DNA of 63,650 bases, the filler included, from Octopus bimaculoides (Eukaryota), in the NCBI RefSeq assembly GCF_001194135.2. It is 4 parts of 4 records of this genome, joined end to end, with 100 filler letters (N's around TTAATTAATTAA, not from the genome) between each part and the next. Parts side by side here need not be neighbours in the genome. Positions count along the whole stretch, not along the records: positions 1 to 26,108 come from NC_068984.1; 3 more parts are not named here. One strand, given 5' to 3'. The notes below the pieces were generated by a model, which did not search any database, was not told the origin of the DNA, and was given only the letters and a program-made list of their open reading frames with translations. Below are positions 12,152-23,710 of this stretch, piece after piece (within the stretch, counting starts at the first letter, position 1; each line of letters begins with the position of its first letter). The position numbers were made by a program, and so were the translations under genes.

Positions 12152-13404
12152 CATATATATACATATATAATTTAAATGAGGAAAAGAAAAATTCAAATTG
12201 ATGTTACAATATTTTCTGTAAACGAACGTTGTTTACTCCTTACCACACATAAAGCTAAGCAATACATACAATATATGCAACATATACAATAAAACTATTT
12301 GTATATATTGTATGAATTATATAACTTTATATGTGGTTTGGAATGAACAGTCTTTGTTTATGGAAACAATTGTAACATCGATTTCAATTTCTCTTTTCCT
12401 CATTTAAATTATTTCTATTATACACTCTGTGAGGTATACATTATGCCAACTGGATTTGTGAAGTGCTTCCCTTTGTAATCAGTTGGAGTTTAATTAATGT
12501 TCCTTTGGTTATTGGAATACTATGCAAGCCAGTTTCCGACATGGGGTGCTGATGAGGTGATAGCCTGGATCATAATTATCCCCTCCATTAATCTCTTTTG
12601 CTCTCTCTCTATATATATATGTATATATGTATATATGTATATATGTATGTCCATATGTATGTATGTATGTATGTGAATGGATACCTATATATGATTAGAT
12701 ATAGGATTTATAAACTATTACTATGTATAATAATAATAATAAACTATATTAGTCCTTGAAAAATGTGATAATGTAAAGTGTTCCCTTTACTGTACAGATG
12801 CTTTTGGATGTAGTTGAATGAAATACATTGATTTATTATTAGTTTAATCATAAACAACTCTAGTAATAGTTCTGTAATAACTTAACACAAGTGTACCTTA
12901 TAATTGATAAACAAAAAGGGAAACAGTAATGCTTGGAAATAAAATAGTGTTTATAATGTTACTGTGATAGCTGCACATTTTTTTAAAATCAAAGTGTTAA
13001 TATATCTGATAATTGGAGGATAATCAAAGTAGTGTGGAAATATCAGTGGACTGGTTGAAAAAGATATCTTTTTTTTACAAACTAAACCAGAAATTTAACT
13101 TTATTGATTTAAATAGGAAGTGACAAAATTAATTGAATAAAGAATCTTATTGGTTTATATCTGAGATGATGGTGTTAGATCTATAACCTGACAGAACAAG
13201 CGTAAACTTTCTGGCTCACAGTCTTGTTGAATTCAATAAGAAAATTTTTAACTATCAGGCAGAATACACTTAGCCTGATGTCTGTCATTTAGTAATGAGA
13301 AACATAAAACCAGTGTGATCTATTCAATACCATTTTCACTCTTTCTTATGATATAACACATTACAAAAAAATAAATGAATATATTTTTGGTTATCCTGAA
13401 TTTA

Positions 13405-13650
13405 TATCATCATCATCATCATCGTTTAATGTCCGCTTTCCATGCTAGCATGGGTTGGACGATTTGACTGAGGACTGGTGAAACCAGATGGCTACACCAG
13501 GCTCCAATCTGATTTGGCAGTTTCTACAGCTGGATGCTCTTCCTAACGCCAACTACTCCGAGAGTGTAGTGGGTGCTTTTACGTGCCACCGGCACGAAGG
13601 CCAGTCAGGCGGTACTGGTAACGGCCAGACTCAAAATGGTGTATTTTAAT
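13405..13650 (-). mobile_element. RTE LINE 3' end
   Basis: Reverse complement reads cgtccaacccatgctagcatggaaagcggacattaaacgatgatgatg with a (GAT)n tail. Confidence 0.8.
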
Positions 13651-13662
13651 TAACTGGTATAG

Positions 13663-14220
13663 GTATAGGAGTGGCTGTGTGGTTAAGAAGATCACTTTCC
13701 AACTATGTGGTCTTCAGTTCACTTCCACTGCATGGCACTTTGAACAAGTGTCTTCTACTAAAGCTTCAGGCCAACCAAATCCTTGTCAGTAGATTTGGTA
13801 GACAGAAACTGAAAGCCAATCACACACACATACGTATGTATGTATGTATGTATGTATGTATGTATGTATGTATGTATGTATGTATGTATGTATGTATGTA
13901 TGTATGTGTGTATGTATGTATGTCTGTATGTGTGTGTATGTATGTATGTATGTATGTATTTATGTGTGTATGTATGTATTGTATATGTCTGTGTGTACCC
14001 TCATTTTGACATTATTTGATAGCTGTATCACTGACACATGTGATGTTGTTTACTTCCAGTACCTTGAAAAAAACATTCCTGACAGGAGAAAATACTACCT
14101 TGATTGGAAACAGGTGAGGGTTGGTATCAAGATGGGTATCTTCTTGGAGAGAAGTTGCTTCAACAAATCTCATCTGACACATGCAAACATGGATAAGTGG
14201 ATATTAAAATGATAATGATG
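13663..14220 (+). mobile_element. SINE family A head + (TATG)n + RTE-like tail
   Basis: Same architecture as 3290-3790. Confidence 0.8.
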
Positions 14221-14311
14221 GTGGAACATATATTATACAGTTGATGTAGAGATTTAAGCACATGTATGTTAAATAAGTGGTATATATCTTCTACAGAAGA
14301 ACAGAAAATGC

Positions 14312-15849
14312 GGATCTAGTTGGTTTGGCTGCCAGCATCAATTCTGTTCAAATTGATTTCATATTCAGTGTCATGATACACTTCTATTGACTAATGAATG
14401 ATGTGAAAATCATTTTCACTATAAATCAATAGATAAAGAGTTATTAGCAATTAAAGTTTGAAAATTTTGATAATTTTAGCCAATCGTAAGTCACAGACAC
14501 ATTCATGCCCGTTTCCATAGTAACAAGCGGAATATGAGAACTCTTTTGTCTGTAAGAAAGCACGTGTTGACAAATATATTGAAACCACTTGTTTTACCAA
14601 TCTGTTGACAATTAAGCATGTGAATTTATGAACTGGTCAACAAAATTTTTTTAAAATATTTGATTTGTAATGTGTTGTTCATCACATTTGCATTAAATGC
14701 ATATTGAATGCTCAAAACTACTTGTTCACTCATTTCTTTTTGTCACTGAAGTGGTTGTGAGGTGTGCTAAAAATAACAGCTAAATAATGTTTTTTGGATA
14801 AATCTTTTAAAATAACATAAACATGAGTAGCTGTGTGGTAAGTAGCTTGCTTACCAACCACATGGCTCCGGGTTCATTCTCACTGCATGGTACCTTGGGC
14901 AAGTGTCCTTTACTATAGNNNNNNNNNNNNNNNNNNNNNNNNNNNNNNNNNNNNNNNNNNNNNNNNNNNNNNNNNNNNNNNNNNNNNNNNNNNNNNNNNN
15001 NNNNNNNNNNNNNNNNNNNNNNNNNNNATATATGTATGTGTATATGTATATATATGTATGTGTGTGTATATGTTTGTGTGTCTGTGTTTGTCCCCCCAAC
15101 ATCGCTTGACAACCGATGCTGGTGTGTTTATGTCCTCGTAACTTAGCGGTTCAGCAAAAGGGACCGATAGAATAAGTACTAGACTTACAAAGAATAAGTC
15201 CCGGGGTCGATTTGCTCGACTAAAGGTGGTGCTCCAGCATGGCCGCAGTCAAATGACTGAAACAAGTAAAAGAATATGAAAGAAAATTACCAGAGAACTT
15301 TCATCTAATTCTTCCAAATCTTTCTGTTAAAACTGTATTGTAAACATTTGTGGGGAAAAATTGTAATGTGTTTATTGCATGTAATGTGTTGTTCATCGCA
15401 TTTACCTTAAATACATATTGAATGCTTAAAACTACTTGTTTACTCGTTTCTTTTTGACATTGAGGTGGTTGTGAGGTGTGCTAAAAATAACAGCTAAATA
15501 ATGTTTGTTGGATAAATCTTTTAAGTTCGTGCTATCGCATTAAATGCATATTGAATGCTTCAAACTACAAAACATGTGTTGTTTACAAATATTGACAACA
15601 CGTGTTATTTTCAAGATGCTGATGACAAAACGTGCAGTAATACACAAAATGATAGCTTCCAAATCCTGTTTCCTGACTGGGTGAAAATGATCAAACTTTA
15701 AACCTCTATAACTTTTTAAAAACATTTTTCTGGAAAAAGTGAAATAACTTCAAGCAATTCAGCTTGGAAAAGTATAATTTAGTGCCAAATTTTAAAATTT
15801 TCGATAAACTTTAATTTTTGAAATGCTGGCATCCAAACCAACTAGATCC
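14312..15849. mobile_element. Non-autonomous TIR element, family M1 (Merlin-like)
   Basis: 27-bp TIRs ggatctagttggtttgg(c/a)tgccagcat with 1 mismatch; exact 8-bp TSD gaaaatgc (14304-14311 and 15850-15857); internal ~140-bp direct repeats. Confidence 0.88.
14822..15280 (+). mobile_element. SINE family A nested in element M1 (N gap in its internal microsatellite)
   Basis: Head gctgtgtggtaagtagcttgc..., tail ...cagcatggccgcagtcaaatgactgaaacaagtaaaagaat. Confidence 0.92.
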
Positions 15850-16011
15850 GAAAATGCTTTTATAGGAATACATTTTTATATATTAATGTATTATGATAAA
15901 TATAATTCAAGCAACTTTTTTTTATTTGTTGATGTTCTGTTTATTTAAAATGTAAACAATTTCCTGAGAAAGTTTGATGATAAAATTCTTGCAATTTACC
16001 ACAGGAAGTAC

Positions 16012-16225
16012 GGTGGTGAGCTGGGAGAATCGTTAGCATATGAGGCAAAATGCTTAGCGGCATTTCTTCCATCTTTATGTTCTGAGTTCAAATTCAGCTG
16101 GAGTTGACTTTGTCTTTCATCCTTTTGGGGTCAATAAAATAAGTACCAGTTGAGCACTGGGGCTGATGTAATCAGCTTACTCCTAACCTGAACTTGCCAG
16201 ACTTGTGCCAAAACTTGGAATCAAT
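16012..16225 (+). mobile_element. tRNA-derived SINE, family C
   Basis: ggtgagctgggagaatcgttagca...gagttcaaattc...tttcatcc...ggggtc.ataaaataagtaccagttgagcactggg. Confidence 0.85.
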
Positions 16226-18149
16226 TTATTAAAGGAAGTGGAAATGAAGAAATTATGGTTGACTTCCAACAGATGATAGTTGTTTTATGGCAACAGTTTA
16301 ACACTAACAAGAAAAAGACCATGGTTATACATAGAAAGACCAAGTTTCTCAGAAAATTTGTGTATACATTTGAAAGTAAATATATTAATTATACAAAATT
16401 ATTATGTAAAGCTTAATAAACAAAGTAGTTCATATTTCTAATGGTAATATCAAATGTTTTAGAATTGAAAAAGTTTAAATTTCTCAATAGAAATAAAACT
16501 AGAAAAATTTTGTTCAACATCAGACTTTTACTGACTTCTTATTCCATTATTATTACTAAATGAACGCCTCCATATTGGTATTATCATTTCAAAAAGAAAT
16601 ATGAAGAAGTCTATTTTCAATTAGAAAATTAAATCAAATTAATAAAATACCTAATTCTACCAAAATGGTGATAGTAAAATATGACAGATTGAATATGTCA
16701 GAGTACAGAAATATAGTGATTGTTTTCATAGTTGAAAAATAAACAAAAATAAAGGACAGAAATATTTTAGTAAATTTATGCAGAGTTTGAATTATTAAAG
16801 TTTCAATGATTATTGGAATGACAGCCTGAAAGTCAACTTATATCTGTGCGTGTGTATGTGTGTGCACATATGTGTATATATATATATGTATATATATATA
16901 NNNNNNNNNNTACACATACACTCATACATACATACACACACACATATGTAGTGTAAATACAATAAACATCAAAATGGATGACAGGTGAGGAACAAAGTTT
17001 GATAAATAAGATATATATATTATGATTACAGAGTGATACTCGCAAATATGATTTCTATCATTATTTTCCAGTTGGTTTCAATTGGAAAGAAACACAAGAT
17101 TGTGGAGAATAGTTTCCAAAGTCATAGAAAAGTTTTTGCTAATTTCAAATTTTATGTTAGTAATACAATAATGCAAAGGAAAGTTGGTAATTTTACATTT
17201 GTCTAAGTAGAATTAACAACAAATTTTTGAATATTTGTTAGGGTGAGAAGGAAGAAAAGGAGGATGAAAAGGGAGATATACCTAAAGTTGTTTTAGGTTC
17301 TCCAAGTTTGTGGAATAAGAATAATTGGATGAGGTTGGTGTTGTTAATATTTTGAATGTAAATGGTTGTAGGTTGGTGGGAAAATATAGAGCTATTAAAG
17401 AAAATAAACTATAGGTAGTTAATATGGAGCAGGAAATTGTGATTTGGTGGAGTCAATGAGCAGTAGAGAGGAATACACATTAAATGAGTTTAAATAAGAA
17501 CAGAATATAGGAATTTGTAGGAACAAAGGCAATTATGGAAGTTAAGAAACAGGGAAAGAATGAAGGGAGTGTTGTGGAATGTTAATGGATCTAAGAAATG
17601 CAAGTTATGCATAACTGAAGGATCACATATCCTTTTTACATCTAAGAATTCCACCACACTGCTGAGTTCCAGATCAAAAATGTTTGGCAAATGTAAACAT
17701 ATGGACAAATTCCTTTTGGCGAATTGGAGGACACTACTCTTTCTGGATTGAACAGCTGTATTGCAGACTTTAGACCCCTCTCTATTGATTCAACACTAAC
17801 TAGTCTTATTATGGCTTTATGGTCAAAGGGGACATAATTCTAATTCTCCCTTTTTTTCTTTTTCCTTTCTTTTCCTGTTTTTTTTTCCACCCTTCCATTT
17901 TTTGCAACCACTTTCCTCTCATTTTTTCTCATGAATTCTCTTGTTTAATCATCTTGATTTGTGTCTTGTATAGGCCATGTGCTCAGAGCCTGAAGATTAT
18001 TTGGAGACACTAGGCATATTATAAAGACCTGTTTAGACTACGTCTCTAATGTATGAAAGTATTAGTAGTTCATAACTACATACTATGTACATTAAACTAT
18101 ATATACATACATACACACACACACATATGTACATCATATGTACATACAT

Positions 18150-18180
<31 letters not shown>

Positions 18181-18403
18181 TATGTACATCATATGTACAT
18201 ACATACATACACACACACACACACATACACACACACAAACACACACATATATAAAACAATAAATTAAAATATCATCATTTCTAAAAATAGATTTGACATC
18301 AATTCTAAAAATAGCCAAACACCTACTGCTGCCGTCCAAAGGAATTGGTATAAAAGACAGAAAACCAGCCAACTTATTACAGTCTGTTAAAGTCTGTCAT
18401 ACT

Positions 18404-18443
18404 GGCCATGACGAAGGGAAATAGCCCTGAAACTCGAGTCGCC
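18404..18443 (+). ncRNA. Degenerate minimal hammerhead-ribozyme-like motif (Penelope-type)
   Basis: ggc C(a)TGACGA aggg-aaatag-ccct GAAAC tcga GTC gcc: stems I, II and III all form, but the core carries one extra A. Confidence 0.45.
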
Positions 18444-18865
18444 TTTATATATTTATATATATTTATATATATATATTTATATATTTGATCCTTTATATTG
18501 AACACTCAATATTTCATCTACATTCAATACTTTCTTTCATGGTGCCATCCATTTTTATTTTATTTTATTTTATATTGTATATTGTATATTATATTATATA
18601 TTGTATATTATATTATATATTGTATATTCCATATTCTATACCCCACATTAGTTCTGCAGGAATATAAATAAAACATAAAAAACAGACAGTGTTGGAACTC
18701 TTTTAAACAAAATAATATATATATATATATATATATGCATATGTGATTTTTTACTTGAAGAATGTTGATTATTGATGAAGTTGGCAAAGCAAGAAATAGA
18801 TTTGATTGTTTGGTTGACCACAAAGGAAACTTCAAAACAACGTTCCCTAATAAATGATAATCAAA

Positions 18866-18940
18866 TCAACAGTGTTCTTCTAAACTTCTCATTTCAATGA
18901 TACTAAACAATCCATTCTTCACATCAGGATCAATATGGCC
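18866..18940 (-). CDS. Candidate exon (GHIDPDVKNGLFSIIEMRSLEEHC*)
   Basis: Very strong acceptor tttgctactttctttttttag; short open frame; two weak internal GT sites would give phase 1, compatible with the exon at 8460. Confidence 0.25.
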   Translation of the reverse strand, partial: GHIDPDVKNGLFSIIEMRSLEEHC

Positions 18941-19133
18941 CTAAAAAAAGAAAGTAGCAAATTAATATCAAATTTATAATCTCATTAAAAAGTTTAATAA
19001 ATCAACTTAATAATTTATAGTTTCAATCATTATGTATGCTCCTGCTATTAATCAGTTCTTTCAAGTTAATATTTAGCTGTCATACAGAATATGTTTGGGA
19101 TAATTATTGTTTGCTTTACCTTTATATTCAGGA

Positions 19134-19986
19134 TAATGAGAGAAAATAACATTTTCTTTACAGTGAAAGAACTAAAATATACAATATATAATGCTTATCA
19201 ATTTAATAATAAAAATATTAAATTTTGCCTCTTGAAGCCTTTCACTAAATTTTATTACACTAAAGAAACCAATTAAATGCTACGTTGAGGAAAAAGTTCA
19301 TGCACCGTATTAAAATAATGATTTTTTTATGCAAGAATTTATTCAAAAACAACAACATCTATTCTTCAAAATAAAGCCCATCATTTTCCAAGACCTTATG
19401 CTAACGATCTGCAAGCTTTTGGATTTTGGCCAAAGTACCAATCCTTCGGCTTTGAATCAAAAAATTCTTGACAGGCTTCTTCAACTTCATCGNNNNNNNN
19501 NNNNNNNNNNNNNNNNNNNNNNNNNNNNNNNNNNNNNNNNNNNNNNNNNNNNNNNNNNNNNNNNNNNNNNNNNNNNNNNNNNNNNNNNNNNNNNNNNNNN
19601 NNNNNNNNNNNNNNNNNNNNNNNNNNNTAATGAGAGAAAATAACATTTTCTTTACAGTGAAAGAACTAAAATATACAATATATAATGCTTATCAATTTAA
19701 TAATAAAAATATTAAATTTTGCCTCTTGAAGCCTTTCACTAAATTTTATTACACTAAAGAAACCAATTAAATGCTACGTTGAGGAAAAAGTTCATGCACC
19801 GTATTAAAATAATGATTTTTTTATGCAAGAATTTATTCAAAAACAACAACATCTATTCTTCAAAATAAAGCCCATCATTTTCCAAGACCTTATGCTAACG
19901 ATCTGCAAGCTTTTGGATTTTGGCCAAAGTACCAATCCTTCGGCTTTGAATCAAAAAATTCTTGACAGGCTTCTTCAACTTCATCG
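19134..19986. other. 359-bp identical direct duplication flanking an N gap (probable assembly overlap artefact)
   Basis: 19134-19492 matches 19628-19986; copies end and start exactly at the gap edges. Confidence 0.9.
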
Positions 19987-20293
19987 AATGAATCAAATCG
20001 ACAACATTTCATAAAGTGCTGCATTGATTGGAAGAGACCATAGTCAGATGGAGTAATGCCTGGACTATAGGCTGGATGCAGCAGAACTTCCACACCGTCC
20101 AATTCTTCAATCTTGTTGCTGGCCTTTCTAGTGGTATGTGGCTTTGCATTGTCTTGTTGAAACAAAGTGTGTTTTTGACGAACACAGTGAGTCATCATTG
20201 AACATGACATGAACTGAATGAACACACACACCACAAAAATATATAAAAAAAGCATTATTTTAACATGGCGTACAAACTTTTTCTTCAACCTAA
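19777..20293 (-). mobile_element. Internally deleted mariner (both TIRs, C-terminal transposase only)
   Basis: QQDNAKPHT...LLHPAYSPGITPSDYGLFQSMQHF...; related TIRs gttgaggaaaaagttcatgcacc and gttgaagaaaaagtttgtacgcc with flanking TA. Confidence 0.9.
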
Positions 20294-20776
20294 TATAAAG
20301 AGTTTTGCAAACCTGAATAGCACTGATTAAGTGTAAACGGTAAGTCTGCACAGTTTCTTGATAGCGTTTCTCTGAATCCTGGGAAGAAAGTGAAATAAAT
20401 ACATACATAAAGAAATTAAGAAAATAAACAAGCTAGAGATATTATCATCAATTGGCAATCTTTAATCCTGTATTTCTAGTACTGTTAACACAAAGTAAAA
20501 TGCTTATAGCCCAAGGTTTAAAAATGGTTTTACTGGGTAGGTAGAGATAAGATCATATGATAAAGTTTGAAATTCTTCTCCAGAAAGCAAAAGACCTTAA
20601 GGAAGAAAATAACTGAACAGAAAATTTCCAGCAGAAACAAGTATTTTTGATAGTTTGACATATTTAGGATTATCTAAAAATATTTCAGGATGTGTATAGC
20701 AAGTTGTTCTCTATTTTTAGATTGTTTATTGCTTTTGAACTAGAAAAGTCTTATTTTCTTTCTTTCTTTCTTTCTT

Positions 20777-20817
<41 letters not shown>

Positions 20818-21689
20818 GTTGAATTGAAAATATTTATATACATTTAAGATTTGAAATAACTGAGAAGATATATATTATGGCTGACTAATCAATGTGTTGG
20901 ACTAACAACTTTAAGCTGATATTTATCCAGTTTTCCTTTTGCCAAGAATAAAGTTGAAAACTAGGTAACATTGCAATATCAGAATTGAATAGACAACATT
21001 AGCAAGACCATCACAGTAACCAAACAGATATTCTATGAATAAATGTAAATGTTTGAACACATGGATGGCAGAAATAGAAGTGTTGAATTAGATGCTTTGC
21101 AATATGTAATTATATCCTTTTACAGAAGCAGCATTATCATTTTAATGTCCACTTTTACCATGCTTACATGGGTCAGACAAAGTTTGTTGTGGCAGACTCT
21201 CTGCAACCAGATGCCCTTCTTATTGCCAACCATCATCTATTTTCAAGAAAGGCAATATTTCCATTAGACCACACGTTTCCATAGAAGATAGTGACACTCA
21301 CAACATTCATCTGATGTTGAAAGAGGTCTCACGCATGCACACACACAGGTTTCTTTCAATTTTCAGTTGCTATCTACCAAATCTTCTTTGGTTAGTCCAA
21401 TGCTTAGTAGAAGACATTTTCTCAAGGTGTTATGCAATGGTAGGGAACTGAACTGCTTAACCATGCAATCATGCCCTACTCCTCATTCTGAATCCAAACC
21501 TTCTAAAATCAACTTCATCTTCCTTAATTCATGGGGCAATGAAAAGAGTATGAGTAATAGGAATGTACTGGAACCAATTCCTTTTACCATATTTATTCAT
21601 TCAAAAATGTTTTATGCTAAAGTTAGAAACTAATCAATACATCGTTATGAGGAAGTAACATAAATGAGTGTTAGACAAAGTACTATATC

Positions 21690-22052
21690 TGTTACCCTTT
21701 GTCTCAGTCATGGTACTGTGGTCATACTGGGGTATCGTTTTAAAGGGTTAGTCAAACAAATTGATCTCAGTACTTATTTTTAAAGTCTGGAACTTTTTCT
21801 ATCGGTCTGTTTTGCTGAACTGCAAAGCTATAGGGACATAGACAAACCAACAACGGTTGTCAAGCAATAGTGGACACACACACACACACACACACACAAT
21901 TGGCTTCTTTCAGTTTCCATTTACCAAATCAACTCACAAAGTTTTGGTTGACCTGAGGTTACAGTAGAAGATATTTGTCCAAGGTGTCATGCAGTGGGAC
22001 TGAACTTGAAACCATGTGGTTAGGAAGCAAACTTCTTTACCACACAACCATG
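21690..22052 (-). mobile_element. SINE family A, CpG-decayed
   Basis: Same head, (CA)n and tail arrangement as 1940-2295. Confidence 0.85.
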
Positions 22053-22423
22053 CCTGCGCTATTAGGGAGTTTATTGTTTTGGCTATCTCTATTCTGAGTT
22101 ATAATATTATCAGGGTTTAACTTACAAAAGTTTGATTTTAGAGAGTTGCATATTTCCTTGCAAAAAATTGGCATTTTGTCAAGGGTGATGTGTTGGGTAG
22201 TGGTGATAGAACCAGTATTTATGAACATGAAAGAAAGTAAAAATGTTCAAAGTAAAGATATTTAGATTTAAACCCATTATACTACATTCTTAATAATGAT
22301 ACAGTTTTGTAATTAGCTCTTTGGCAGTAAAAAAAAAAATTAATGAAAATATATTTCAATGAAAAAATATATTTAATCTTAGCCTTAAACAAATTAGAAA
22401 ACTACTGTTGCTGCTGCTACTCC

Positions 22424-22433
22424 AACTACTCCA

Positions 22434-22490
<57 letters not shown>
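22424..22490. repeat. (CTA)n microsatellite
   Basis: Direct trinucleotide run. Confidence 0.95.
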
Positions 22491-23487
22491 GTGTGGAGAG
22501 ATGCCAAAATACAAAAATCACTGCTGTTGCTGCTACTCACTGCTACCAATCCTTAAACACAACAATCTTTTCCTCCCATGCAGTTGTTGGAATTCTTCTC
22601 CCAGTAACTTGAGGTTTGGGCATTTGGTTTACTTATATCACTAAGGAAATTAGGAAGGGCTGAACAACACAACTTCTCATTTCTCATTTTCTAAACATAC
22701 CAGGCTTTTGGTGTTTTGTTTTTACTGATTAAACTTTATTTCTCTGATTAATAATGGTGCCAAGAAATAAATTCTTAGGTTTAAGCTGTGTGGTTAATAT
22801 ATTTGCTTTCCAGCCATATGATTTTAGGTTCAGTTCTACTGCATGTCATCTTGGGAAGATGTCTTCTATTATAGTCCTGGGATAACTAAAGCCATGTGAG
22901 TGATATTAAATCAAAGTATGCAGTACTATAGATCCATTTCAGCTGATGACCACAGCAAGCAGTTTTACATTGGGTATTAGATAACCAGGTGTTAGATAAC
23001 AGGTGAGTTAACTAACTCCACATGCTCTTCAGAGATGGAAGGTATGGAGTGGCTGTTCTGTGTTATTGAAAGTAAAAAAATGTCACATCTGGTTTGTGGG
23101 AACTGCAAAGAAAGATGAAATGAAGTCATGGGAGACAATTGAGCAAGGGATTTATTAAGAGTTATGTCTCTTGAACCCCAAAACCCCTGAGTTGGTTGTA
23201 AAATCAAGGGTATTCAGGAAATTAAGGCAAATATCTTAGTCAGCAGTCCATGCAAATTCCCAGCTAACAGGATGTAAAGAGATGAAATAACATCCAGTTA
23301 ATCCAAAAATGTTCTATACAAACCAAAAATCCAGAAAACGCACCAATTATAAGAATACTGCAGCCATTGCTGAGTACAAAATTAAATGATAAGAAGAATA
23401 AAATTGGCACTACTATATTTATTAATTAGTAATGATTGTTTCAATAATTGGTGGAGTTATTACATCATCAACATGCTGGAATATCTT

Positions 23488-23710
23488 TATCTTTTGTTTG
23501 TTTCAGTCATCAGACTGCAGCGATGCTGGGGCACTGCCTTGAAGAATTTTTAGTTGAATGAATTGACTCCAGTAATTATTTTATTGTTAAGCCTGGTACT
23601 TATTCTATTGGTCACTTTTGCTGAACCGCTAAGTCATGGGGATGTAAAAACACAAACACCAATTGTTAAGGAGTGGTGGGGAACAAACACAGATACAAAG
23701 ACACACACCA
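23488..23710 (-). mobile_element. SINE family A tail half
   Basis: tttgtttgtttcagtcatcagactgcagcgatgctggggcactgcc...gaaccgctaagtcatggggatgtaaa. Confidence 0.8.

Noticed and set aside
12515-12590. FPTWGADEVIAWI resembling a SAM-domain start
   Set aside because: Isolated 13 aa with no splice support.
17490-17800. TYGQIPFGELED (kinase subdomain IX-like) on plus and a ~95-codon frame on minus
   Set aside because: An in-frame stop lies immediately before the motif; no usable splice sites or other kinase motifs.
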